Assembly: GCF_963921235.1 (NCBI RefSeq)
Contig: NC_086108.1
Coordinates: forward strand, 84,198,001-84,262,000
Reading direction: 5' to 3'
DNA from: Mobula hypostoma
Lineage: Eukaryota
Length of the DNA stretch: 64,000 bases
Below the pieces are notes generated by a model. That model did not search any database. It was not told the DNA's origin and worked only from the letters and a program-made list of their open reading frames with translations. A program made the position numbers and the translations under genes. Positions 25,267-37,566 of the stretch are shown in pieces (positions within the stretch are counted from its first letter, which is position 1; each line of letters begins with the position of its first letter).

Positions 25267-27127
25267 TATTGTTTTTCCACAGTGTCTAAGTTTGGCAAGT
25301 CAATTGTGCCAAAGTGGTTTCATCATCTGGTATCCACAGCTTTGAAAATACTTGAATGAATACTTCTCAATCACTTTCTTGAAATATCAAAGCCGAGTCA
25401 TTCCTTTCATTTGCCCAATGTGATTTCAAAGCACATTAAAGCTTTTATGACATTGTTGGAATGACTTAACAGATTTACTTTTATATGTAAGTGTAGCTTT
25501 TAAGCAGAACAATTAATTCAACTGCAAGCAAGGAAGAGATAACGTTATTACCCCAAAGATGGTCAGAAGATATTATTTTATTTTATGGAGTTCTTTTAGT
25601 AGTTTTCTTTCAGACTTCATCAAATTTGAGATCTTCATCATTTTCGTCCCAATATCAACATTCCATGTCGCTTTGCAAAGTAACATCCTGGACTTCTAAA
25701 CGTTGCCAGGAAGGATATAACATGTACTTCAAAAGAATGAAATTTCAGCTCTTGAACAAAAATATCACTCTAACATGAATATGACCATTTGTTGTATACA
25801 ATATTAAAATGAGATAAGTTTTAGTTTGGATTTTATTGGTCCGTTTTTTGGTGTTCACTTCGACCAAACATTTGTGCATTTTGGTGACATGATTAGTCTT
25901 AAATAAATAAAAGCCAACTTCAACAATATAATCCATCCTGCAAACAACTCATGATGACATTGAAGGTTAGTATACAGAGTAAAATGCTGAACCTCAAAAG
26001 GTTGAATGTTTGGTAATAAATTGTGCCTGAAATCACTACGAGATAGCGTGACAGAGTTGAATAAAGCAGCTGTATAAGCACTTTGTTAACACAGCTTTGA
26101 AGCAAAGGTTCCACTTCAGTAAACAGGCCTATGCCACACAGTAAGTATGTCTGACAGCACTAACATCAAAACAATTCAAATATTCCAGACAAAAAGACAG
26201 GCAACAAATCCTAGTGTCAGTGTTTGTGTTTTTCTCAATACCTTTTCTCCGGTTAATGGCTTGACAAGAGTTTTCCTTAGTACAGCGGCCTACGAACCAG
26301 TGCCTTAATCAGCCTGAACTAAGATTATTGCAGGATACAGACAATAACTGTCATTTAAGCTATAAATGATCAAAAGGTATGCAATCCCTATGCTTCCTAT
26401 CAATTCAAAGAAACAAACCCTAGGCCACAATTTTATCATCTGAACTACTTTCCAGATTATTTTGCAATTTAAATAAATCACAGAACCAAAATAATTTACT
26501 ACATAGTCAGCAATCTACATGATAAACAACTGGCTAACTATATGAAAAGATGTTCTTCTAATTCCTTTCTACAAATTTTAAGAAAGACTGTATCTCATGC
26601 ACGTAGGAGTATTGCAAGTATAGTTTATACCACTCTCTGGTGTTCAAAGAGTAAAATTGAGCAAAATGATGGTGTAAATATCTTTAAAACAGGTAGTATT
26701 ACACCCTGCAATTGTGCAAATACTTTTCTGGATAAAATGGAAGAAGTCAATCACCCCATCGAACTCAGTTTCATTGATTAGCTCATACCCCAAATCTCTG
26801 CAGTTTTAACTCCCCCTGTAATCTATCCAATTCACCTTTGAAAGTGAGGCAGTGGATTTCGTATCACAAGTAGTCACTCACAACATTAATTTTTTGTCTT
26901 GACTCTCACAGATTCTTTGTTTTGCTGTGACAGCTTCATTTGAATCAAGCTGGGATCAGTCTCTAGGATTGCAGAGGATTTTCAGCTTAATAGTTAATGG
27001 GAATGTCCACTGAGGGGAATTCTAGGAAGTTAAGGAGATAAGACATGATGATAATGCAGATTAACAAAATAGATAATGGTAACCAGAGTGATGTGACAGG
27101 CAGGGACAGGGCATACCAGCATGATTT

Positions 27128-27380
27128 AGGGCAGCACAATAGCACAGCTGGTGGCATAGCGGCCTCACATTGTCTGAGAACAAAGTTCAATTCTGATCTC
27201 AGGTACCCTGTGACTACACAAATTTCCTCTGGACGCTCTGGCAATCCTCCTATAACCAAAAAACATACAAACTTAATTGGCCAGTAAATTGCATAAATTA
27301 CAGTAAAAAAGGGTGAGGTTATAGGATTGGTCTGAGAAATGGCAGAGGTTCAATGGGCGAAACAGCCTCATGCAATCTAT
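27128..27380 (+). mobile_element. Decayed V-SINE
   Basis: ggggcagcacaatagcacagctgg head, GTTCAATTCT box, and degenerate V-domain. Confidence 0.55.
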
Positions 27381-27387
27381 ATGGTTA

Positions 27388-27645
27388 ATTGAATTGAATT
27401 GAATTGACTTTATTTCTTACATCCTTCACATATGAGTAAAAATCTTTACGTTATGTCTCCATCTAAATGAGCAATGTGCAATCATAGTAATTTATAATAA
27501 ACAGAACAGTCAATATAACATAGAAATACACTCAAGTCAGCGTGAGTTAATCAACCTGATGGCCTGGTGGAAGAAGCTGTCCTGGAGCCTCTTGGTCCTG
27601 GCTTTTATGCTGTGGTACCATTTCACAGATGGTAGCAGCTGCAAC
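27388..27645 (-). mobile_element. Rex1/Babar LINE 3' end
   Basis: (CAATT)n tail; gcctggtggaagaagctgtcc is the antisense of an SFFHQAIRL-type C-terminus. Confidence 0.65.
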
Positions 27646-28489
27646 TGGTGTATTGACTTGTTATTGCAGCATGTACCAAGATACACGGAAAGAAACTTTA
27701 CTATGCATGCTACCCATCCAAATCATTTCATCACATCACTATAATGAGGTAGTATAAATGAAAAGTGGTAACAGAATGCAGTATATAGTATTGCAATATA
27801 GCTATAGACATTTCTGATGATTAGAGCATGATGGTGAAAAGAGATCCAGGTATTAGTAAAAATTCTAAAAGTTTCTTATAACCATTCAGTGGCAGTTTTG
27901 CAGGTTATCCATTCAAATTTTCAGTAAAATTATATTAACATAGCTTTTCCCTGATGATGCTACATTGAATGAACAAATATACTGTGTACAGTTATCACTC
28001 TTCATTCACATGAAATCCCATTTAACCAATTCTGGCTTCCGACTTTAAAAGTCTTAGTCTTGTTTTCAACTTGCTCTTTAGCCTTGCCGCTCCTTAATTG
28101 TAAAAACCTCTGGCATCTTTGTACTTCTCCAGTTCTGGCACTCATGTACAAATACACTGACATTAACAGCTATTACTGCAACTGATGCACACTCAAACTG
28201 TAACAATATTCATCTTAGATAATGCCTTTAGTGTAACAAAATATCTCAACATGGGATATCAAACCAAATCTGATACTCAGCAACAAGGATGTGGTATAAC
28301 AAATCACCAGGTGCTCAGTTAAGCAGATCGAGCTTAAGAAATGTTTTAATAAAGAAAAAAAATGGAGCCACAGAACCTTATGAAAGAATTATTCAACTTT
28401 GGCAACTGTGGCACGAGCAGATTGATTGAGGAATAAACAGAACTGAAGAAGCAGGAAGGTGTCAAAGGTTAACAATGCAACTCTATAAG

Positions 28490-30778
28490 ATGCATTCTTT
28501 TATGCCTCCTGTCCCACTAAGGCCCAAACACCCTTAACAGTTGCTATATATCCATTAATGTGCATAATGAAAACCCACCCATATTTTGGTAAATCTACCC
28601 TCCTTCTCTCTGTGTACAAACAGAAAATGAAATGTGAGGATCCCGTACAAAAAGTTGTTTGGTGCTGGATCGAGAAAAGAGGTGAGCTTCTATGTGACTG
28701 CTATGAGTCAGCAGACTGGTTTATGTTCAAGGTCTCAGCACTCAGCCGAGGTGAGTATGTCACTACCATCACAAACTTCATCAGCAAGTGCATGGAGGAC
28801 TGTGTACCAAAGAGAACAATCAGGTGTCGTCAAACCAAAACCATGGATGAACTGAAGATAAACTTCCTACTGAAGTCTAGTCTGTGGCATTCATATCAGG
28901 TAACCTTGATGTTGACAAGAAATCAAGATATGACTTTCGTTAAGCTATCATGGATGCCAAGACACAATATCAGTCCAAAATCAAGTCTTAGCTGCCAGTT
29001 TTGACAAGACTTACATGCTATATTGATTTACAAAACAAAATCAGGTAGCATCACAAACAGCACATCCCTTCCTGATAAGCTTAATACCTTCTGTGTATGT
29101 TTTGAACAGAAGAGGATTGCAAAGCCGTCACCCTCCCTGACTGCCTCCAATACACCTGTACCCACAGTCAGAGTTACGGATGGAAGATCAGTCTTCTGCA
29201 GAGTGAACTCACATGGTGCAACTAGTCTGGAGGTGCCCCAGGCCATGTCTTAAGATCCTGCGGAGATCAGCTGGCAGAGTCTTTGCATACATTTTTAACT
29301 TCTCATGTTGGTCTGAGGTTCCCACCTGTCTTAAGAAGAATACTATCATCCCAGTACTCAAGAAAAAAAAAAGGCAACATGGTTTAAGTACTACTACTGA
29401 TTAGTCACTTGACATGATGGTAGTTCTGACATCTACCATCACGTCAGGCAGGTCATGGAACACATGAATTCCAGCCTCCCAGGCAACCTCACCTACCACC
29501 GAAATAGGTACCATCTCCCTGACCCTACACTTATCTCTGGAGCATCTGGACTGTAAAGGCACTGACATTGGATTATTGTTTATTGATTACCGCACCACCT
29601 CCAATACGATCCATCTCTAAACTCCTAGATCTAGGACTCAACGCCTCTCTTTGCAACTAGACTTCTTGACCAAAAGACCGCAATAAGTAAGGATAGGCAG
29701 CAACACCTCCATTAGAATTATTCACATCATTGGTGCCCCACAAGGCTGTGGCCTAAGCCCTCTCATTTTACTCCGTATACACTCATGACTGCATGACACG
29801 CAGATTGAGTTGATACCCACATAGTGGGCTATATCTTAAATAACAGTGTGTCAGGAAGGGAGACAGAGCACTTAGTGACATGGTGTCATGGCAACAACCT
29901 TTCCCTCCGCTCCATTCATTAGATAGATTACTTGTCTCAAAACCTTTCCCTCAATGCCAGCAAAACAAAATAGCTGATCGTTGACTTTGTTGGGCCCCTA
30001 CAGCCACAACAGACGCTGCTCTAACACAGACTTTCCAGGCACCGATCCATGGTCTCGCGAGACTAACAGATGCCACCACCATGACTTTGGTGGGGGGAGG
30101 GGGTGAGGAGTGTAAAGGGTGAACATGCTTCTGTAGACATCCATAATGCTGAGGTCAAGCAGGTTGAGAGCTTCAAGTTCCGAACATTCAACTTCATTAA
30201 CAGACTGTCCTGGTGCAACCAAGGAAGCTCAACGGTGCCTCTACTTCCTCAAGAGGCTACAAAAATCTGGCGTCCACTTTGACTTTCACAAAGTTTTATT
30301 GATGCACTATTGAAAACATCCCATCCGGGTACATCCTGGCATGGTATGGTGGCAACTCTGCCTGTGACTGCAATAAACCGCAGAGTTGTGGACATAGCTC
30401 GGTATATCACAGAAACCTCCACTCCATGGACTTTGTCTACACTTCTCACTGCCTCACAGCCTAATCAAAGACCTCACCCATGCCAGACATTCTCTCTTTT
30501 CCCCCACCCATCAGGCAAAATATACAAAACCCTGAAAGCATTTACCCACTAGGCTCAAAGGAAGTTTCTATCTCACTTTATAAGACTACTGAAGGGTTCC
30601 CTACTAAATAGATTGTTGACCTGACAGTATACCTCATTATGACCATGCACCTATTGTCTATTTGTACTGAACTTTCCCTGTAATTGCAACACTTTATTCT
30701 GCACTGTTGTTGTTTCAGCTGTACAACCTCAAGGCACTTTTGTAATTTATGCAAGACAAGTTTTTCACTGCACTTTAG
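28490..30778 (+). mobile_element. Rex1/Babar LINE, long decayed copy
   Basis: LLCDCYESADW, YVTTITNFISKCMEDCVP, KPWMN, LPDKLNTF, EVPTCLKKNTIIPV and TGAPQG-like motifs, with many frameshifts. Two nested insertions. Confidence 0.85.
29995..30081 (+). mobile_element. 87-bp RTE LINE 3' end with TSD
   Basis: Reads YSHNRRCS (RTE C-terminus), then ccatggtctcgcgagactaacagatgcc. Flanked by tgactttg(t/g)tggg at 29982-29994 and 30082-30094. Confidence 0.7.
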
Positions 30779-30779
30779 T

Positions 30780-30780
30780 A

Positions 30781-30815
<35 letters not shown>

Positions 30816-31112
30816 GGCATCCATTTGTCTTGTGAGAGCATGGATCTGCACCTAGAAAGTCTTCACTCTCCAGGGCACAGGCCTGGGTAACGTTGTATGG
30901 AAGACCAGCAGTTACCCATGCTGCAAGTCTCCCCTCTCCATGACACAAATGTTGTCCAAGGGAAGGGCATTAGGACCGATACAACTTGGCGCCAGTGTCA
31001 TCGCAGATTAAGTTCCTTGCTCAAGGACAGAACACGCTGCCTCGGCTGGGGCTCGAACTCACGACCTTCAGAATGCTAGTCGAATGTCTTAACCACTTGG
31101 CCATGTGCCCAC
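30780..31112 (-). mobile_element. tRNA-CORE-RTE tail SINE
   Basis: A box TGGCCAAGTGG, B box GAGTTCGAGCC, CORE-like TGTCCTTGAGCAAGGAACTTAA, RTE-type tail, and (TTA)n at 30782-30813. Confidence 0.75.
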
Positions 31113-31987
31113 ATCTAACAATAATAAACCAATTAATTATTTTAAAGATTAGAAGCAGAGAGAAAGGACAATTTGAAAACAGGATCAATACCTTTAAAAT
31201 CAACCTATTACTTAACCAGAATCCAATGATGGTTAACGGAGATTTGATGTGAATTAAAAGAACATCGAAAATAAAAGGCACACATGAGATTTCAGCAAAA
31301 AGTTTGATAGAAGTGAAGTGGTCTCAGTGCTGTGTGGATGCATGGTAGTAAGTGTATCATGGGATTATGGATTATTATGTGTGAGCAATCACTTTAGTGG
31401 GTCAATTGTCTTGGCTATACCAACTGCAAAAAGTGTTTGAATGTGCTCCACATAACTAATTCATCCTATTTATTACTGAACTCTGAACGATGATTAAAGC
31501 CCCATCCTAAATATGGCCAAGTTACTGACAAGCCTGGGCACAATTAATATTTTCTCTCTGTTAATTACAGTAACTTTCACAACTTTGCTGGTGGGCTTGG
31601 GGTCTGGAATCAGTTGGAATGGCTGAGGAAAGCCAGAGGCATAGAGTGTGACTGAGATCAAGGTCAGAGTCGCACTGGAGTAGGACTGCTGGTGACCTAT
31701 TGAAGTGTACAGTTGCTGGGTCAGTTGAACCATCACGACAGAGCCCTGATTCTGTGGGAAAGGCATTAATAATTTTGTCAACATAAAGATAAAAAAACTG
31801 ATGGATGAATTTCTCAATCCACAAAATATTATTAAGGAGTTTCGCTATTTACCTTGTATTTTAGGAACATAATGCTTGGATTAAACCAAGCCGTCTCAAA
31901 TCATCACATCAGTGATATTAATTTTTTTAATGTGAAATATAGTAACAGCTGAATCTAAACATCTGGATGAATAGTTTACAGCCTATC

Positions 31988-32351
31988 TGCAATACTGTGC
32001 AAAAGTCATAGGCACATGTAAAAAATTCTGTGAAACAGAATGAAAAGTTTCTAAATATCAAAAAAATTACTATAACCAGCAGTAAACAGTAAAAAACAAA
32101 AGTAAATTAAAACTGCATTAATATTCTTAGCCACACTGTCATACAGTTTTATAAGCTCTGTAAGGTTCTTCCAAGCATCTTGGAGAACTTGCCACAACTC
32201 TTCTGCAGACTTTGATTGTCTCGCTTGCTTCTGTTTCTCCATGTAACCCCAGACAGTCTTGAGGATGTTGAGATCAGGGCTCTGGGGAGGCTACACCTTT
32301 GAAACTATACCAAAAAATCTAGGGTGCCTAAGACTTTTGCAATGTACTGTA
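31988..32351 (-). mobile_element. Tc1-derived MITE-like deletion derivative
   Basis: TIRs caatactgtgcaaaagtcataggcac and gtgcctaagacttttgcaatgtactg plus TA. C-terminal remnant SAEELWQVLQDAWKNL. Confidence 0.8.
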
Positions 32352-32542
32352 AATTCTTCTACAAGTCTGCTGTTTATCTACAAGTTGTGATTCTAAATTG
32401 TTTTAGACAACTTTGCTAGTAGTGAATCCCAGTACATGTCAAATCTTCCAGGAATGGAACCCTCAAATAGTTCCACTCGTGAAGGGCGAAGAATATTCAA
32501 GCTTCTATATGGAAATAACATTCAGTCAATTGTTAATTTTAA

Positions 32543-32775
32543 ACAAGAGAAGATCTGCAGATGCTGGAAATCCAAACAACACATACAAAATGCTGGAGGA
32601 ACCCAGGAGACAGACAGAAAGATCTAAACTTTTTCAGGGTAGGCACGCCTGTAAGAGACTTTACAGTATAGTAGTCCAATCATAAACAAGGGAAAATCTG
32701 CAGATGATGAAATCCAAGCAATACACACAGCAGCTTGGCCTGCTGATTTCCTCCAGCATTTTGTGTGTGTTGCAG
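32543..32775. mobile_element. Penelope-tail fragments in inverted arrangement
   Basis: Two tctgcagatg...caacac tail starts and an inverted ctccagcattttgtgtgtgttgc. Confidence 0.6.
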
Positions 32776-32867
32776 TCAATTTTAAATATAGGATTGATAA
32801 GATTTTGGGAGACAAAGATACCAGGAGACCTTGAGCAAAGGTTTGAGTAGCTGTTTGAGTGATGTTA

Positions 32868-33893
32868 AAACAACCTTGCACTCAACATCAGCAAGACCAA
32901 GGAAATAATTGTGGACTTCAGAAAAGGCAAGTCAGGAGAGTACACATCAGTCCCCATTAAGTACATAAAGTCCTTTCCAGTGGTGGAAAGGTTTAGCAGC
33001 TTCAGGTACCTGGGTGTCAACATCTCAGAGGACCTATCCTGGCCCAACACCTTGATGCAATAATAAGGGCACAACAGTGGCTCTGCTTCATTTGGAGTTT
33101 GAGAAGATTGGTACGTCACGAAAGACTTTTACAAGTTCCTATAGATGTATGGTAGACAGCATTCTGACCAGGTATGGAGGCTGTAAGGCAGAGATGCACC
33201 AGAAGAAGCAGAGGGTTATATAGTCCAAGGAACACACATAAAAGTTGCTGGTGAACGCAGCAGGTAAGGCAGCATCTCTAGGAAGAGGTACAGTCGACGC
33301 TTCAGGCTGAGACCCTCCGTCAGGACTAACTGAAAGAAGAGCTAGTAAGAGATTTGAAAGTGGGAGTGGGAGGGATGGATCCAAGAGCTGGACAGGTGAT
33401 TGGCAAAAGGGATATGAGAGGGATATGAGAGGATCATGGGACAGGAGGCCCAGGGAGAAAGATAAGGGGGGGGGGAACCCAGAGGATGGGCAAGGGGTAT
33501 AGTGGGAGGAACAGAGGGAGAAAAGGGAGAGAGAGAAAAAGAATGTGTGTATATAAATAAATAACGGATGGGCTACGAGGGGGAGGTGGGGCATTAGCAG
33601 AAGTTAGAGAAGTCAATGTTCATGCCATCAGGTTGGAGGCCACCCAGACGGAATATAAGACGTTCAACTTTTATGTGTGTTGCTTGAAATTCCAGCATCT
33701 GCAGATTTCCTTGTGTTTGCGGTTATATAGTCCACCAGCTCCAACACAGCCACAACTCCCCCCACCACTGAGGATACATTCAAGAAGCAGTGCCACAAAG
33801 AACCCTCACCATCTGGACATGCCCACTTCGCATTACTCCCATCACAGAGGAAGTACAACAGCTTGAAGATTCACGCTCTATAATTTAGAAACA
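32868..33893 (+). mobile_element. Rex1/Babar LINE interrupted by a Penelope insertion
   Basis: NNLALNISKTKEIIVDFRK and FRYLGVNISEDLSW motifs. Confidence 0.75.
33228..33720 (-). mobile_element. Penelope-like 3' end with inverted tail and 14-bp TSD
   Basis: TSD ggttatatagtcca at 33214-33227 and 33721-33734. Minus-strand body plus an inverted tail at 33665-33720. Hammerhead variant at 33292-33327. Confidence 0.85.
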
Positions 33894-33957
33894 AAGTTGT
33901 ATAAGACATAGGTGAGGCCAAATTTGGAGTATTGTGTGCAGTTTTGGTCACCTGGGA

Positions 33958-34792
33958 GAGGTGGAGTGAAGTTAAGATGGTGCTAAACGGCGAATCCTTT
34001 GCTTGCATCTTCAGAAACAGCTCTATTTCTATCTTTAATATCTTTATTTTTCCCTTTCAGAGTTCTTTTGAAGACCCTGACCTGGAGTTACACGCTGACT
34101 TCTGTTCTTTGCGGGAATAGGACCCATTCTCGGGGTTTCAGGACTGGCTGTTGGGCGGCACGCCAAGGGTTCGGCCTGAGAGTCCGGTTTGGATTTAGAA
34201 TTTAAGATCTAAGGGCTCTGGAGATGGGCGGACCGAGGCCCAGTGTCATGGCAGTAGACCCGTGTGTCACCGGGGAAGTCGAAAAATCTACTGTGGTGTG
34301 CCCAAAGATCCAGAATCTTTGAGATCTTTGGGAACAGAGCTCAGAAAAAGCGATGAAACAGACTTTTAACATCGTAAACCAGTGAGTTGTTTGTTTTGTC
34401 TCCCCGCTCGCTGGGAAAAACAGAGACACTTACTTCTCCTTTATTAGGGGGAGAGAGAGAGCCTGTGGTATGTTGAATGCCAGGTGAAACGCAAAGTCTT
34501 TGGGGTAACTGCAAGTTCATGTCTTTGCTATTGCTTTGCTCATGCTTGAGGGCTCGGTGGTGGGTGCCAATGCTTTTTTTTGCTGGTGGAGGGAGGGGGG
34601 ATCATTGCTTGCAGCCGCTTATGCACAGCAAGGAGGGAAGCTGGGGGGGACTTTGGGGTTCTTACGTTTAACTGTCGTTCATTCTTTGGGGCACTCCTCT
34701 GTTTTCGTGGATGTTTGCTAAGAAAAAGCATTTCAGGATGTATATTGTATACATTTCTCTGACACTAAATGGGACCTTCGAACCTTTGAACC
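33958..34792 (+). mobile_element. Non-coding AAGATGG...TTGAAC element nested in a CR1
   Basis: Splits the CR1 sequence ...gcagttttggtcacct | acctacaggaaagatg... and ends ttcgaacctttgaacct. Confidence 0.6.
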
Positions 34793-35189
34793 TACCTACA
34801 GGAAAGATGCAAACAAGGTTGAAAGAGTACAGAGAAAATTTACAAGGATGTTGCTAGGTCTGGAGGACCTGACTTATGTGAAAAGATTAAATATGGTTGG
34901 ACTTTATTCCTTGGAAAGTATAAGATTGAGAAGAGATTTGATCGAGGTATATAAAATTATGAGGAGTATAGATAAGGTAAATACAAGTAGGCTTTTTCCA
35001 CTGAGGTTTGGTAACTAACACAAACATTGAAACATGCAAATAACAAAGAACAGGATTCAGACAAAACAGTAAAAACTCGTTCTGGCCGCACAATGAAAAG
35101 GCCACAATATCTAGAAGACTTTGTCCCACATTGAATGATTGCATGAACAATTGAACAATAAGTCAGTGACACCATTTGGCATTTTAATG

Positions 35190-35822
35190 TGTTTAAACTA
35201 AGTAGTGGGGGGGGGAAGGGATGAACTGGAAATATAAAGATGGAGATAAAGGGAAAGTGAGAAGAAGAAAAGTTAAGAATGACAGCAGAATCAACAGAGC
35301 AGAAAGCTCAAGAAGGGTTCGTACAGTATGGCCAAGTGAAATAGGAATTGATATGGGAGGTGAGGGGAGTAATGAATTAAAAATATTATATATGAATGCA
35401 TGGAGTACAAGAAATAAAGTAGATGAACTTGAGGCACAGTTGGAAATTGGTAAGTATGATGTTGTGGGAGACATGGCTTCAAGTGGACAGGGCTTGGGAA
35501 ATGAATATTCAGGGATATACGTCCTATCGAAAGGACAGACTGATGGGCAGAGGGGGTGGGGTGGCTCTGTTGGTGAGGAATGATATACAGTCCCTTGCAA
35601 CGGGGGACATAGAATCAGGAGACGTAGAGTCAGTATGGAGAGAAATGAGAAATTCTAAGGGCAGAAAGACCCTAATGGGAGTTATCTACAGGCCCCCAAA
35701 CAGTACTCTGGATATAGGGTGTAAGTTGAATCAAGAGTTAAAATTGGCATGTCGCAAAGGTAATGTGACAGTTCTTATGGGGGATTTCAACATGCAGGTA
35801 GACTGGAGGAATCAGGTTGGTA
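35190..35822 (+). mobile_element. CR1 ORF1 end and ORF2 endonuclease N-terminus
   Basis: LKILYMNAWSTRNKVDEL, ETWL, RKDR..GRGGGVAL, GVIYRPPNS and MGDFN motifs. Confidence 0.9.
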
Positions 35823-36280
35823 ACCCTTCGTCAGGACTAACTGAAGGAAGAGTTAGTAAGAGATTTGAAAGAGGGAGGGGGAGGGGGAGATAAAAAATGA
35901 CAGGAGAAGACAGGAGGGGGAGGGATAGAGCCAAGAGCTGGACAGGTGATTGGCAAAGGGGATATGAGAGGATCATGGGACAGGAGCTCCGGGGAGAAAG
36001 ACAAGGGGTGGGGGGGAACCCAGAGGATGGGCAAGAGGTATAGTCAGAGGGACAGAGGGAGAAAAAGGAGAGTGAGAGAAAGAATGTGTGTATAAAAATA
36101 AATAACAGATGGGGTACGAGGGGGAGGTGGGGCATTAGCGGAAGTTAGAGAATCAATGTTCATGCCGTCAGGTTGGAGGCTACCCAGACGGAATATAAAG
36201 TGTTGTTCCTCCAATGAGTGTGGTGGTGGGGCATTAGCGAAAGTTTGAGACGTCAACGTTCATGCCATCAGGTTGGAGGT
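35823..36280 (-). mobile_element. Penelope-like 3' fragment with internal duplication
   Basis: LEEQHFIFRLGSLQPDGMNID. The tail is truncated inside the hammerhead (only AGTCCTGACGAAGGGT remains). Confidence 0.8.
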
Positions 36281-36964
36281 ACATGGATGGTAGGAGTATG
36301 GAGGGCTATGGTCTCGGTGCAGATTGATGGGAGTAGACAATTTAAATGGCTTGGCACCGACTAGATTCTATGACTCTAACAACTTCCCCTTCAAAATCAG
36401 ATCTCTGAGTGGCTCATGAACCCATGAACACCACCCCATTATTCCTTTTTTTGGCATTATTTATTTACCCTTGTAATTTACAAAGTTTTGTCTTACATCA
36501 TAAAAAATGAGATCCAGATAAATCTGATTCTGATACATGCAGTTAAGTCAGAGATCAACCAGGATTTTTATTAACTGGGAGGAAATACTCAAGAGGTTGA
36601 ATGAGGAGCTCCTAATCTCCATTGTTGGTCACATTGGTTATTTATGCAAGTCTACTGCACAGATGGAATGAGTTTTCTCCAACTTTCCCTGTTTGGCACT
36701 TCCTCAGAGACTTTAATGGAATAAGGAACCACATGCAAATTGGCTTTATTGGATTAGTTCCTCTTTTTTTTCTGTTTTATTATTGAAGTGTAAGTTCTGT
36801 GACAATATTGCACACCAAGCTAAGGAAGCATGGCAAGGAATTGCAGTAAGTAACCTCAGCAGGACATTATACTCAAGATCTTGGTGATCTTTACGGTAAC
36901 GACCAGAACATTCAGGAGCAGACCAAACTTCCTGGCATCTGTAACATGAAGTACAATGTGTAGT

Positions 36965-37566
36965 TAAAAACTGCCTAACACATCACAGGACTACCAACCA
37001 TCAAGGACACATATACAGAAAGTGCTGGAGAAAGACCAAAAACATCACGAAGGATTCCACCCACCCTGCTTATGCGTTGTTTGTCCTACTCTCATCAGGG
37101 CAGAGCCTGTACAGTACCCACGCTCAAAAACAATTACTTCTGCCAAACTGACAGGCTGATCAACACCTCCTCCCATTAACACACTCCATCACTCGATGTA
37201 CTCCATACACTTTAAGTGCACACAACCTGTTTATGTACTATATATAAGCTAATCTTACGTATACTGAATGTATACATGTCTTGACGAAGGGTCTCAGCCC
37301 AAAACTTCGACTGTACCTCTTCCTATAGATGCTGTCTGGCCTGCTGCGTTCACCAGCAACTTTTATGTGTATACTGTATGTGGTCATACTTGGTCAGTTT
37401 TACAGGATTGCTTTTGAATTTATTGTATTTTTTAAAGTTCTTTTATTACATTTTGTATATTTATTGTGGAGTTTTAATGCCACATCAGATTCGGAGTAAC
37501 AGTCATTTTGTTCTTCTTTACACTCCTGTACTGAAGAATGACAATAAAACAATCTTGAATCTTGAA
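36965..37566 (+). mobile_element. Rex1/Babar 3' end with nested Penelope tail (37278-37370)
   Basis: ITGLPTIKDTYTESAG...KDSTHP remnant and a TCTTGAA repeat tail. Decayed hammerhead TTGACGA...AAAACTTC. Confidence 0.65.

Noticed and set aside
31035..31110. tRNA gene
   Set aside because: A and B boxes are present but the acceptor stem does not close, and it runs into CORE and LINE tail sequence, so it is a SINE head.
35204..35222. Polypurine tract followed by TG, as a possible LTR PPT
   Set aside because: GTTTAAACTA followed by a G-run is the usual CR1 ORF1 end and spacer, and CR1 ORF2 follows directly.
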